Shown here in pieces: positions 16,191-25,893 of a DNA stretch of 40,516 nucleotides. The position numbers and the translations under genes are program-made. Origin of the DNA: a virus (lineage: Duplodnaviria; Caudoviricetes); IMG/VR virus record IMGVR_UViG_3300024038_000021, positions 1 to 40,516 of that record. One strand, given 5' to 3'. Numbering within the stretch: position 1 is the stretch's first letter; each line of letters opens with the position of its first letter. The notes beneath the pieces were generated by a model. The model ran no database searches. It was not told the origin of the DNA and worked only from the letters and a program-made list of their open reading frames with translations.

Positions 16191-17768
16191 ATGGTCGACC
16201 TTCAGAAAGAAACCCTCGATCGGCTCGCCGATGCTCGGGCACAGAAGGCACGCTTCGCTCCGGACATTCAGGAGGCCTATTTCTTCGCGGCTCCGCAGAA
16301 GGCGCGGAACGTCACGTCGACGGCCGCCGCCCCGGCCACGCCGCCCAAGGATGACGTTGACCTTCAGACGGCCATTGCCATCGAGGAGACCGAGAACTTC
16401 GCAACCACGCTGCTCAACTCCTTCATGCCGGAAGGGGTGATGTGGGCGAACCAGCGCCCGAGCATCGAGGTTGAGGAGGTCGTAAAGAAGGAGGTCGAGG
16501 CCGCCTGCAAGGATCAGCGCGGCAAGGTGTTCGGCCTTATCTGGGAGAGCAACTTTTACGCGGAAATCGGCAAGGCACTGAACCCGGATGGCGCGGTCGG
16601 CACCTTCGGCATTCTGATCGACACCAAGGATTTGCACAGCTCCATTTCCTGCTACGCGGTGCCACTCCGAGAGATGGAAATAAACATCGGGCCGGACGGC
16701 AAGATCGGTGACCGCTTCATCGTCCGCTATACCAAGAACCGCTTCGTCAGTTCGCTGATCGAGTCCGACGCCAGGCTTTCCGACAAGCTCGCGAAGGCGA
16801 TCGCCGACAAGCCGAACGGACAGGCCTCGGTGACGTGGGGCTGGTGGCGCGACTACTCCGCGGCGGAAGAGACCTGGCAGTATGTACAGCTCGTCAACCG
16901 GGAACTGGTCTTCAGCAAGATTTTTGCCGGCGCTGGCTCGTGCGCCTTCGTCGTCGTCACCTTCAATCGCCATTCGGAATTCCCGTTCGGCAACGGCCCG
17001 CTTCTCAAGGCGGCGCCTGACCTCCGGGTGCTCGACGAGATGGCCGCTGCCGAGGTGGACAACATCGACCTGAGCCTTCGACCTCCAATGACCTACCCGG
17101 ACGACAGCTTCGCGAACGTCGAGGACGGCGTTGAGCCGGGCGCGTGGTATCCGATCCGGAACGGAACGCAGGATGCCGTCCGGAAGATGTATGAGCCCAA
17201 CCGGCTCGACGCGGTCTACTTCGACCAGGAGAAGCGCGAGCGTCGCGTGCGCCGGCTGTTCTACAACGACTTCCCGCAACAGCGCGGCGACACCCCGCCG
17301 ACGGCAACGCAATGGCTCGACGAGATGGCACTCGCTCAGCGCAAGATCGGAACGCCCGGCGTCGTGTTCTGGGAGGAAGGGCCGGGGGCCTTCTTCACCC
17401 GCTTTCGGTTCATTGCGCTCGAACGTGGGCTGTTCAAGGAAATCGAGTACCCCGGCCAGAAGGGAAAGATCGTCTCGGTGGTCGCCGACAATCCGACGCG
17501 GCGAGCACAGGACCAACAGGAAGTCAGCAACGCCGTCCGCTCTGTCCAGATCGGCGCCGAGCTGTTCCCGGAGGAAACCAAGGTGGCGGTCGACGGCACC
17601 GCGACGCTCAAGAACATTGTCGACAAGATGGGCGGCAATGACGTGGTCGTATTCAGGGATCAGGGCCAGATCGCCCAAGCGACCGACATGCTTGCCAAGG
17701 TGGCTGGCCTCGGTGGCGGCGGCGGCCAGCTTCAGCCCGGTTCGATCGGCGCGCCGGCCACGTCCTGA
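16191..17768 (+). CDS. Portal (head-tail connector), T7-like family
   Basis: 525 aa; SNFYAEI, FGNGP...A.PD...L, TPPTAT.W motifs. Confidence 0.92.
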   Translation: MVDLQKETLDRLADARAQKARFAPDIQEAYFFAAPQKARNVTSTAAAPATPPKDDVDLQTAIAIEETENFATTLLNSFMPEGVMWANQRPSIEVEEVVKKEVEAACKDQRGKVFGLIWESNFYAEIGKALNPDGAVGTFGILIDTKDLHSSISCYAVPLREMEINIGPDGKIGDRFIVRYTKNRFVSSLIESDARLSDKLAKAIADKPNGQASVTWGWWRDYSAAEETWQYVQLVNRELVFSKIFAGAGSCAFVVVTFNRHSEFPFGNGPLLKAAPDLRVLDEMAAAEVDNIDLSLRPPMTYPDDSFANVEDGVEPGAWYPIRNGTQDAVRKMYEPNRLDAVYFDQEKRERRVRRLFYNDFPQQRGDTPPTATQWLDEMALAQRKIGTPGVVFWEEGPGAFFTRFRFIALERGLFKEIEYPGQKGKIVSVVADNPTRRAQDQQEVSNAVRSVQIGAELFPEETKVAVDGTATLKNIVDKMGGNDVVVFRDQGQIAQATDMLAKVAGLGGGGGQLQPGSIGAPATS

Positions 17769-17785
17769 CGATCCACGAGGGAAGA

Positions 17786-18085
17786 ATGATCTACACGAAG
17801 GATGAAATTCTTGCGGCCTTCGCTAACGTCGGTGGCACGCGCGACGGCGCTGTTGTCCGCGAATTCATGGCGGAAAAGCTGATGCGTGGTCCGACGCCGG
17901 GGCAAAAGTCCGGGGCAGTGCGCGAGGAAGTAGGCCGCCTTAGCATGGTCCGCGAAATCCTCAATTTGCTTGAAGGACCACGCAACAGCGATGCTGGTGA
18001 ACAACAACAGCCAGGGGCAGAACGAACAGAGCGCCCCGCTCGGCACGCCCACCGAGGGGCAGCTCGACGCGGACGCCTCGCTTAA
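17786..18085 (+). CDS. Hypothetical protein between portal and scaffold
   Basis: GAGG SD; E.GR.S..REIL motif; synteny. Confidence 0.65.
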   Translation: MIYTKDEILAAFANVGGTRDGAVVREFMAEKLMRGPTPGQKSGAVREEVGRLSMVREILNLLEGPRNSDAGEQQQPGAERTERPARHAHRGAARRGRLA

Positions 18086-18761
18086 GGATCAGGGTGCGAC
18101 CGGCACCGATACCGGCGAGATCAAGGCCGAGCGGCCCGCCCGCCCCGAGTCCGTTCCGGCGGAATTCTGGGATGACGAAAAGGGTCTCAGGGCCGACGAG
18201 TTCGGCAAGGCGTTTGCCGAGCTGACCACTTCCTTCGCCGATCTCAAAACGAAGGTTGAACAGCGCGCCGCCGACACGCCGACCGAGGCCAAGGGCTACG
18301 AGATCGACGTGGCCGCTCTGGGCCTGCCGGAAGGCGTCGAGATCGACCAGAACGACCCGGCCCTGAAGGCGGCGCGTGATCTGGCTTTCGAGAAGAAGTT
18401 CACGAAGGCGGAGTTCCAGTCTCTCGTTGGATTCGAGGTCCAGCGCCAGATCGCGGAGCGGACCGCCTACAACAACCGCCTGACCGAGGAACGAGCCAAG
18501 CTCGGCGCCGATGCCGCCAAGCGGATCGATGCCGTGGCCTTTTCGCTGGTTGGCCGTCTTGGCGAGAAGGGGCGGGCGCTTCTGCCTCTCATGGCGACCG
18601 CCGCTGCCGTGGAGGCATTCGAGACTCTGCTTCGGCAGAGCGGCACGTCCTTCAATCAGTCCGGCCGGACCGAGCCCGACCCGCATGAGATCGAGGGCTA
18701 CGAGACCATGACATTCCGCCAGAAGATGGCGGCGATCGACGCCCGCAAGGCTCGCTCGTAA
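17991..18761 (+). CDS. Capsid scaffolding/assembly protein (start uncertain)
   Basis: RPE.VP.EFWD, disordered N-terminus, directly before the capsid gene. Confidence 0.8.
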   Translation: MLVNNNSQGQNEQSAPLGTPTEGQLDADASLKDQGATGTDTGEIKAERPARPESVPAEFWDDEKGLRADEFGKAFAELTTSFADLKTKVEQRAADTPTEAKGYEIDVAALGLPEGVEIDQNDPALKAARDLAFEKKFTKAEFQSLVGFEVQRQIAERTAYNNRLTEERAKLGADAAKRIDAVAFSLVGRLGEKGRALLPLMATAAAVEAFETLLRQSGTSFNQSGRTEPDPHEIEGYETMTFRQKMAAIDARKARS

Positions 18762-18776
18762 CGGAGACAGGAACCC

Positions 18777-19751
18777 ATGCCGACCATCACGCCTTCCATT
18801 TCCGCTCCGATCACCATGACGGAATACGCGCAGACCATGCCGCAGGACAGCGCGACGCGCGTGTTCGTCGAGAACATGGTGCGGTCGTCCGACCTGATGG
18901 CGGCGACGCCGATCCTGCCGGCCACCCAGGGCAAGCGGGCCTTCACGGATATCGGCAGCGTGCCGACCGTCGGCTTTCGCAACTTCAACGCTCCTGGCAA
19001 CGAGCAGACCGGATCGTTCAATCTGCGCGAGGAAGACACCTACCCGATCGACGAGTACATCAAGGTTGACCGTGCTCTGGTCGCCCGTCTCGGCCCGGAC
19101 CATCGCAACAAGCAGCGCGAGCTGAAGACCATCGCGCTCGGCCAGTATTTCAGCCAGATCATGGTCAAGGGTGACAACTCGGCTACCGGCGCCAAGCAGC
19201 CGAACGGCCTTCAGGTGCGCTGCCAGGCCCTCGGCACCAACCTGCTGTACAACTCGGTCGCCGCCGGCGGCGCGGCGCTGTCTCTCGCCAGCCTCGATCA
19301 GCTCTACTGGCTGGTCAACAAGCCGACGCACTGGATTTTCCCGCGTGGCCTGATGCCGTTCCTCGACATCGCCGCGCGCAACTCGACGCTCACCGGCCAG
19401 TCGATCGTCTACGACAACGACGTTGACAGCTTCGGTCGCCGGATCATGCGCTACAAGGGGCTGCCGATCCTCTACGGCTACGAACCGGACGACACGCCGG
19501 ACCTGCTGCCGTTCACCGAGGTCGGCGCTGGCGGCGGCGCGGCGCAGACGGCGTCGATCTACTGCGTCAGTCTCCGCGACGGCGGCCTCTATGTCATCGA
19601 GCAGACCTCGCTCGATGTGATCGACGAGGGTGCCGTTACCGGATCGCCGTTCCTGTCCGACCACATCATGTGGGACTGGGGTATTGCCCGCGAGCATCCG
19701 CGTTCGGTTGCCCGCCTGACCTCCGTCACCGCTGCGACCATCGTCGCCTAA
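18777..19751 (+). CDS. Major capsid protein
   Basis: 324 aa, strongly biased codons, VGFRNFN, KGD....PNGL, SVARL. Confidence 0.9.
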   Translation: MPTITPSISAPITMTEYAQTMPQDSATRVFVENMVRSSDLMAATPILPATQGKRAFTDIGSVPTVGFRNFNAPGNEQTGSFNLREEDTYPIDEYIKVDRALVARLGPDHRNKQRELKTIALGQYFSQIMVKGDNSATGAKQPNGLQVRCQALGTNLLYNSVAAGGAALSLASLDQLYWLVNKPTHWIFPRGLMPFLDIAARNSTLTGQSIVYDNDVDSFGRRIMRYKGLPILYGYEPDDTPDLLPFTEVGAGGGAAQTASIYCVSLRDGGLYVIEQTSLDVIDEGAVTGSPFLSDHIMWDWGIAREHPRSVARLTSVTAATIVA

Positions 19752-19765
19752 TCGGGAGCTACCGA

Positions 19766-20263
19766 ATGCCCCTCTCCAACCTTTTCCTGCCGTCGATCCT
19801 GCCTGAGCGCGCCGTACCGTTCGACGCTGCGATGGCTTTCGCCAACCCGCAGACGCTTACCGCATCCGGATACGTCAACGCGCTCAACGCGCAGCTTGAC
19901 CTCATGCCGGGCCGGTTCGACGGTTACCTCAATCTCGACATTTCGGCGATGAAGCTGTCGAGCGGCGACGAGGCCTACAAGCTCTTTCTGCTCGGCTCGA
20001 ACGATCCGGCCTGGGGCAACGGCAACGTCGAGATGCTGGCGGCGCGCGATTTTGCCGCCGCTACAGCCGGCCGGCTGCTCGGCACCATCTGCCCGGCGTC
20101 CTATACCGTGCCGATGACCGGCCGTTCGGCGACCAAGTTCATGATCCCCATCACCAACCTGATGGGTGCCTACGTCTTCCGCTATCTTCAGCTCTACACG
20201 CAGATCGCCGGCACGACGCCGTCGATCACGCTGAGCGCTTGGGTGTCGCCCGATCTCGCCTGA
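19766..20263 (+). CDS. Capsid cement/decoration-like protein
   Basis: Jelly-roll-like, ends FRYLQLY..IAGTTPSIT; follows the capsid gene. Confidence 0.7.
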   Translation: MPLSNLFLPSILPERAVPFDAAMAFANPQTLTASGYVNALNAQLDLMPGRFDGYLNLDISAMKLSSGDEAYKLFLLGSNDPAWGNGNVEMLAARDFAAATAGRLLGTICPASYTVPMTGRSATKFMIPITNLMGAYVFRYLQLYTQIAGTTPSITLSAWVSPDLA

Positions 20264-20277
20264 AAAGGAAATCAACA

Positions 20278-20493
20278 ATGTACATGAACGCCTATCACAA
20301 GGTTCAGGGCGAGGTTCGAATGTTCGAGGTGGACGCCCGAAACGCCATCGCCCGGTTCCCCGCCGAGTGGTCGGCGGAGCCTTGGCCGGCTGTCGATGCC
20401 GACGGCGCTGTGGTCAAGAAGGGGCGCGGCAAGAAGGAGGAGGCGAGCGGCAAACCCTCCGATGAACCGCCCGCCTCCGAGCCTATCGCCTGA
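20278..20493 (+). CDS. Small hypothetical protein
   Basis: AAGGA SD; VDARNAIARFP.EWS..PW. Confidence 0.7.
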   Translation: MYMNAYHKVQGEVRMFEVDARNAIARFPAEWSAEPWPAVDADGAVVKKGRGKKEEASGKPSDEPPASEPIA

Positions 20494-20502
20494 AAGTCAG
20501 CA

Positions 20503-20531
20503 GACCCGCGTAAAGCCGCGGGTCCTTTATT
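20503..20531 (+). terminator. Rho-independent terminator after the capsid cluster
   Basis: GACCCGCG-TAAAGC-CGCGGGTC-CTTTATT. Confidence 0.75.
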
Positions 20532-20546
20532 GAAGGGGGTAACTCT

Positions 20547-20900
20547 ATGGCTGATAGGGTCTTCCCGATCGCAAATGGCAACAAGAGCCTGAGAGATATG
20601 GGCGACGGCTCGCTTGCTGAGCAGGTAGTCGCGGCCAGTGGTGGGCTCGGGGTAATGGTTCCGATCTCCAGTCAAAGCGCGAATGGATCGGTTCTAGGCG
20701 CGAAGCCCGCTGGTTGCTGCGGCGTGCGCATCTACTGCGGCGCCTCGGACAGCGTCACATTCACGGTGGGCACCTCGCAGCCGTCGTCGCCGCCACCGAC
20801 GTACACGGTCACCGGGCAGGCATGGGACGAAGGACTGATCGGCGATGCCAACGTCTATATCACCGCCTACACCGGTTCGCCTTCCTTCCGTTGGTACTGA
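20547..20900 (+). CDS. Small beta-rich virion protein (possible spike base)
   Basis: 117 aa, G/S/T rich, precedes a fibre gene. Confidence 0.65.
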   Translation: MADRVFPIANGNKSLRDMGDGSLAEQVVAASGGLGVMVPISSQSANGSVLGAKPAGCCGVRIYCGASDSVTFTVGTSQPSSPPPTYTVTGQAWDEGLIGDANVYITAYTGSPSFRWY

Positions 20901-20903
20901 GCG

Positions 20904-21923
20904 ATGTTTGCTTTCAGCCCGATGGCTTTCGGACTGCACGCCCCGAACGCGCTCGGAAAGAACTGGTGGCTCGCCGCCCGTCACCGCCTCGACGGTGTGG
21001 CGCCGCTAGCCATCCTGTCGCCGGCCTCCGGCCGCTCGATGCTCGACGGCAAGCCGGCGAGCGACGGCGCGCTGATCTCGCGCCAGGGCGGCGTCAAATA
21101 CGTCATCGGCAAGGATGGCACGCTCCAGCAAGTCGCCGCCAATGTGCTCGCCTACGACCATGCGTCCGGTCGCGCGAGGCTCAAGTTCGAGGGGCTGGCG
21201 ACCAACATCTTGCTCGGGAGCGCCGCACCCGCCAGCCAGAGCGTACCGACGTCCGCTGGTACCTATACCCTGTCGTTCTGGGGCGGCGGCACGGTGAGCC
21301 TGTCCGGATCGGCCGCCGGCAGCAAGACGGGGGCCGGCGCCGCCGTCCGCTCCACCCTGACCTTTACGGCGACGGCCGGTACACTGGCGCTGACGGTGAG
21401 CGGTGCCGTCGCCAACGCGCAACTAGAGGCCGGCCCGGTGGCCTCGTCGTACATCCCAACCTCGGGCGCCGCCGTCACCCGACCGGCCGACGTGACGCGG
21501 CTATGGGCCGGCGCCGGCGAGGCAACCGCCTGGGCTTGGCGGGGCAATGTGCCGGCGGCAATAGCCAATCAGCAATTCCTTGGATCGTCAGGCGGCAGTT
21601 ATATCCGAGACGGCAGTACCACAGACCAAATCATGTTCGCGGGGATAAGCACCGCGCTGATCGTCGCCAATGGCATATTACCAGGTTACCTCGCTTTTTG
21701 CGGCGGATGGGGCGCATCTGGCCGTCGTGCATCGGTCGCGGCCTCGGCGGCGGTCAGTGATGCCACTGTACCCGACAGGTCTCGCACCTCCATGTCCGTG
21801 GGTGCCATCGCCGGCCTCGCCGCCGGTCAGGTCCTCAACCTGGACGAACTGGTTGCCTGGAAGCTCGCCGACCGTCCGTCGGCGGCCGGCTGCCAGGGCC
21901 AAGCCAGAGCATGGAGCGCCTGA
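20904..21923 (+). CDS. Head-spike or fibre-like protein
   Basis: EG.ATN.L..S and AQLEAG..ASSYIPT.GAAVTR.AD motifs typical of phage fibre proteins. Confidence 0.8.
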   Translation: MFAFSPMAFGLHAPNALGKNWWLAARHRLDGVAPLAILSPASGRSMLDGKPASDGALISRQGGVKYVIGKDGTLQQVAANVLAYDHASGRARLKFEGLATNILLGSAAPASQSVPTSAGTYTLSFWGGGTVSLSGSAAGSKTGAGAAVRSTLTFTATAGTLALTVSGAVANAQLEAGPVASSYIPTSGAAVTRPADVTRLWAGAGEATAWAWRGNVPAAIANQQFLGSSGGSYIRDGSTTDQIMFAGISTALIVANGILPGYLAFCGGWGASGRRASVAASAAVSDATVPDRSRTSMSVGAIAGLAAGQVLNLDELVAWKLADRPSAAGCQGQARAWSA

Positions 21924-22348
21924 TGGATGGCCCACTCTGGTACCTTACGAAGGACGGCGATCGATCGTGCTACGAGTTGTTCCGGCGGCACTACTCCTGC
22001 CGGAACATACGTCCCAAGAATAGCCTCTTCGTCGGGCCCGGAGAGAAGATCGTCCTGCGAACCGAAGACGGCGACGCCGTGTTTGTTTGGCGCCAGTCTC
22101 AGTTCCGAACTGATAGCCAAAAAGGCGTCGAGTGCACGCTCTTCCGGAACGAGAGCCAAGTCCTCTCGTCCAAGCTTGTCCGACAGGCTGACGCAATCGC
22201 TGATCACGTCTGGCCTGGTGTGCGGCACTACACCTTCGTCCGTCCGAAGGCAGTGCGGAGCAGCAATCCGGGATACTGCTTCGTTGCCGCTGGGTGGAGG
22301 CGATGCGGATTGACCAAGGGCGGATTGTTGATCTTGGAGAAGGTATGA
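21923..22348 (+). CDS. Mom-like GNAT-fold protein, putative DNA-modifying enzyme
   Basis: RRHYS, ECTLFRNE...SS.L, YTFV.......NPGYCF.AAGW...G.T. Confidence 0.68.
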   Translation: MDGPLWYLTKDGDRSCYELFRRHYSCRNIRPKNSLFVGPGEKIVLRTEDGDAVFVWRQSQFRTDSQKGVECTLFRNESQVLSSKLVRQADAIADHVWPGVRHYTFVRPKAVRSSNPGYCFVAAGWRRCGLTKGGLLILEKV

Positions 22349-22662
22349 TCATGCAGACCATCCGACTGCGCTTTGCCGCTCAAGCCGCCACCCTCGACGC
22401 CCTCAAGGCCGCCGGCTGGCTTGCGACCGATCCGGAAACCGGCGCCGAGACGGTGCCGCCGCTCGTCCATGTCGATGGCGTCCGCTGCGACATCGACATG
22501 ATCGGCGCGCTCTGGGCGACGACCGGCACCGAGGATGAGCCCGTCATGACGCCACTTCCCGGCTGGCACCTCAACCTCTTGTGGTGGGGAGATGGTGCCG
22601 CGCCGGTGATCGGCGGCGAGGTGGTGGAGCCGGCCAAGCCGCTGAGGGAGTGGCTGGTTTGA
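22345..22662 (+). CDS. Fibre-associated protein
   Basis: ID.IG......G.......LPGWHLNL...V.P..P.R.W, usually found next to fibre genes. Confidence 0.72.
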   Translation: MIMQTIRLRFAAQAATLDALKAAGWLATDPETGAETVPPLVHVDGVRCDIDMIGALWATTGTEDEPVMTPLPGWHLNLLWWGDGAAPVIGGEVVEPAKPLREWLV

Positions 22663-22705
22663 CCGGGGCAGTGCGCTTCGCGACGAGTTGCTGTCTGCTC
22701 ATGTC

Positions 22706-23284
22706 ATGTACGACAAGCTTTCTCTCATCAACTCCGCGCTCAAGCGGACCAGCAACAATCCCGTCGATTTCGAGGGTGACGACAGCTTGGAATGGCTCGT
22801 CATGGACGATGCCTATGAGACCGAGCTTCCTCTACTGATCGAGCGTCGTGATTGGGGTTTCGCCTCGACGATGGCGGCCATGACGCGGGTTGGCGAAAGT
22901 GACGATCCGCGTTTTGCCGACGCCTACGCAAAGCCGGTCGGTTGCCTTCATTTGAAGTCCGTCATGATCCACGATGCACCGGCCGTTTACGATGTCATCG
23001 ACAACAAGGTTCACTGCACCGCCGGCTCCTGCGCGCCGATGGCTCGCTTCATTCGCGTTCCGTCTGCCGACCAATGGCCGCCGACCTTTCTCGAAACCTT
23101 GCGCCTCAAGCTGATGGCGCATGCCTATCGGGGTCTCAACGAAGACACCGGCGAGGCGGATCGGGCGGATGCCAAGGCCGAGGCCATGCTCGGCGAGGCA
23201 GCTACCCGTACGGGGCAGGAGAAGCCGCCGAAAGCGATGGTCAATTCCAAGCTGCGTGCCGCCCGGCGCATTCGTCGAGGCTGA
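22706..23284 (+). CDS. Tail tubular protein A / adaptor (T7 gp11-like)
   Basis: INSAL, W.FA, AY..P..CL, WPP.F motifs. Confidence 0.85.
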   Translation: MYDKLSLINSALKRTSNNPVDFEGDDSLEWLVMDDAYETELPLLIERRDWGFASTMAAMTRVGESDDPRFADAYAKPVGCLHLKSVMIHDAPAVYDVIDNKVHCTAGSCAPMARFIRVPSADQWPPTFLETLRLKLMAHAYRGLNEDTGEADRADAKAEAMLGEAATRTGQEKPPKAMVNSKLRAARRIRRG

Positions 23285-23287
23285 CCC

Positions 23288-25423
23288 ATGGCACAGGCCG
23301 CCCACATCGTCCGGCAGGTAGATTTTTCCGGTGGCGAGCTTCGCGAGGACCTGAAGCACCGCGACGACGTGCAACAGGTCCAGTGCGGCGCGCGTCAAAT
23401 GGCCAATTGGCGCATCATGAGTTCCGGCGGTCTCACCGACCGCCCCGGCCGTATGGCACTTTTCAAGCAGGAGGGGCGAACCGAAACCATTGTGCTGCCG
23501 GGCGACCTGCGCTTTCGGCTATCTTTTGGCGCCGGCACCATCGTGGTTCGCGACACGACGGGGGCGGTGGTTGTCTCAGATACCGGCTATCCTTGGACTG
23601 AAGCGACGATCGGCAAAGTCTCCTTCGCTGTCGTCTCCAGCGACATTGTCATCTGCTATCCTGGCATGATGACGCGCGTCGTCAGGCGCACGTCGGATGG
23701 GGCGTGGTCATTCACCAATTGGGCTTTCACCACTGGTGCCCAAGGTGAGATCAGGGCGCCGTTCTACCGATTTCCGGAAAGCTACGGGATCAAGCTCACG
23801 CCGTCGGCGCGGAGCGGATCGATCACGCTCACGTTCTCGGCGGCCTTCCTGACCGCTGCTCACATTGGCACGGTCATCCGCTACAAGACCTACCAAATCC
23901 TCATCACTGCCGTCGCGAGCGCAACGGTCGGCACCGGAACAGTGCTTCAGCCTCTGCCGCCGGCACAAATCATCACGCTCGCCAGCACGGACGGTTTCCT
24001 GGTCGGGCACGTGGTAAGCGGCTACACTAGCAACGCGACGGGCGAAGTCACCGCCGTTTCGTCGACCACGATCACCGTCCAGATCAAAAGCGTCTTCACG
24101 GGCTTCCAGGCCTCGGAAAAGATCATCGGGCCGATCAGCCGGTCGGATAGCACAGCAGTTGCCGCGGCCGGCCCGCAGCCGACGGCTGATTGGGATGAGC
24201 AGGCGATTTCTGCCCGCCGTGGCTGGCCACAGGCGTGCCTCTACGATCGCACGCGCCTGACGTTCTTCGATCTGCCGGCCGTGCCCGAAGGCGTCATCTG
24301 GTCGTCGCTCGACACCTACACCGACTTTCTCGTAGGCGCCGACGCCAACAACGCGATCTTCGAGCTGGTGCCCGGCCGCAAGCACGTCCTCTACATGCTT
24401 GGCGGCCCGGATCAGTTCGTGTTCACGGACGATGGCGTCTTCTATGTGCCGATCAGCGCCAGCATCCCGCTCAAGCCGGGCAATGTCCAGTTCATCCAGA
24501 TTTCTTCGGACGGCTGCGGCCCGGTGCGCCCGGCGATCACCACCGAGGGAATCGTCTTCCTCAACGTTGGCCTCAAGCGCGCCATCGCCATCACTCTGCT
24601 TGGCGCGGCGAACAAGCCCTATGAGGCCACGGACATCAACGAGCTGGCCGATCATCTCCTGAAGGCGCCGGTCGCCATGGCGTTCTCACGCGGCGACGCG
24701 AACTTTTCCGAGCGCTATCTGCATGTCGTCAACGCCGACGGCACGATGGCCGTTGCCAGGATGGCCAGCAATCGGCAGTGGGTTGGCTGGTCGCCCTGGT
24801 CCGGAGCCGGTGCGGTCAAGTGGGTGTCGGCACTCGGCACCGACATTCTCTTCAGCGTCAAATATTCCGGAGTCACCATCGTCGAACGGATGACCGATGA
24901 TGTCGACATGGATGGCGTCGTGACACTCAACAGCATCATCTCCAGTCTGTCGCCGGGCGCCGGGCAGGGGCCGCTCTGGTTTTGGGCAGGCGAGACGGTC
25001 GACCTTCAGGATGGTGGCCGCGATCTCGGGAACCGGACGGTTGATGCTTCCGGGAACATCGTGACGCTTCCCAACGACGACTTCTCGGGTGCCGGCGTGC
25101 TGGCCGGCCGCGCGTGGGCGTCGACTATCGAGCCGTTCGTTCCGCATGTTCCGGGAGGCACCGACTACAGCCAGACACAGCGTCGTCGTCGCGTTCGGCA
25201 AGTCATGGTGTCGGTGCTGCGCTCGACGGGCTTTTCATGGGGGAACCGCGCCATTCCGCCGGTGGCGTGGGGCGAAGAGGGCGGAAGCGCGCCGCTCAAG
25301 CGCGAGGACACGTACAAATTCCGCGAGATGGGGCGCCACATGGACCCGAGACCCGGCCCGTTAGTGAAAGACCGGCCCGGCAGTCTGGAAATCGTTGAGA
25401 TCGGCTTGGAGGTGACCATCTGA
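23288..25423 (+). CDS. Tail tubular protein B / nozzle (T7 gp12-like)
   Basis: DFSGGEL, GGL..RPG, GWP....Y...RL, VGWS.W. Confidence 0.9.
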   Translation: MAQAAHIVRQVDFSGGELREDLKHRDDVQQVQCGARQMANWRIMSSGGLTDRPGRMALFKQEGRTETIVLPGDLRFRLSFGAGTIVVRDTTGAVVVSDTGYPWTEATIGKVSFAVVSSDIVICYPGMMTRVVRRTSDGAWSFTNWAFTTGAQGEIRAPFYRFPESYGIKLTPSARSGSITLTFSAAFLTAAHIGTVIRYKTYQILITAVASATVGTGTVLQPLPPAQIITLASTDGFLVGHVVSGYTSNATGEVTAVSSTTITVQIKSVFTGFQASEKIIGPISRSDSTAVAAAGPQPTADWDEQAISARRGWPQACLYDRTRLTFFDLPAVPEGVIWSSLDTYTDFLVGADANNAIFELVPGRKHVLYMLGGPDQFVFTDDGVFYVPISASIPLKPGNVQFIQISSDGCGPVRPAITTEGIVFLNVGLKRAIAITLLGAANKPYEATDINELADHLLKAPVAMAFSRGDANFSERYLHVVNADGTMAVARMASNRQWVGWSPWSGAGAVKWVSALGTDILFSVKYSGVTIVERMTDDVDMDGVVTLNSIISSLSPGAGQGPLWFWAGETVDLQDGGRDLGNRTVDASGNIVTLPNDDFSGAGVLAGRAWASTIEPFVPHVPGGTDYSQTQRRRRVRQVMVSVLRSTGFSWGNRAIPPVAWGEEGGSAPLKREDTYKFREMGRHMDPRPGPLVKDRPGSLEIVEIGLEVTI

Positions 25424-25893
25424 TGGGGTGGGGACTTGCTCTCGGACTTTTGTCTACCGGCCTGTCGGCGGCTTCCGCGATCTCCGAAGGCAATGCCAAC
25501 GCCGCCGGCGCCAAGCATCAGGCCCAGCAGGCGACCTATGCCGGGCAAGCAGCGCGCGCCAATGCCGACGCGACCGACGCTTACTATCGCGACGATCTCA
25601 GGACGACGCTTGCCAATATCTCGGCGATCCGTTCAAGCGTCGGGCTTTCCGATAGCCCGACATCGGCGGTCATCGCCGACGAAAATCGCCGGGTTTCCGA
25701 CAACGAGCGCATTGCCAAAGTGGCCGGCATCCGGGCTCAGGCGACGCAATACGCCGACGATGTCAAATTCTACCAATCGGCGGCCAAGCAATATTCCGGG
25801 CTGGGCTTTTTGAAGGCCGCCGGGGGGCTGTTCAAGGGGCTGTACGACATGAACGGCGGGATCAACGGAACGAATTTCAAGGACTCATTCTGA
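25423..25893 (+). CDS. Small internal virion (ejection) protein
   Basis: A/G-rich amphipathic protein, TGATG coupling on both sides; synteny. Confidence 0.75.
   Translation: MGWGLALGLLSTGLSAASAISEGNANAAGAKHQAQQATYAGQAARANADATDAYYRDDLRTTLANISAIRSSVGLSDSPTSAVIADENRRVSDNERIAKVAGIRAQATQYADDVKFYQSAAKQYSGLGFLKAAGGLFKGLYDMNGGINGTNFKDSF

Noticed and set aside
22244-22257. Fifth late-promoter copy (CCGAAGGCAGTGCG)
   Set aside because: Two mismatches, intragenic, no clear -10 at the shared spacing; left undecided
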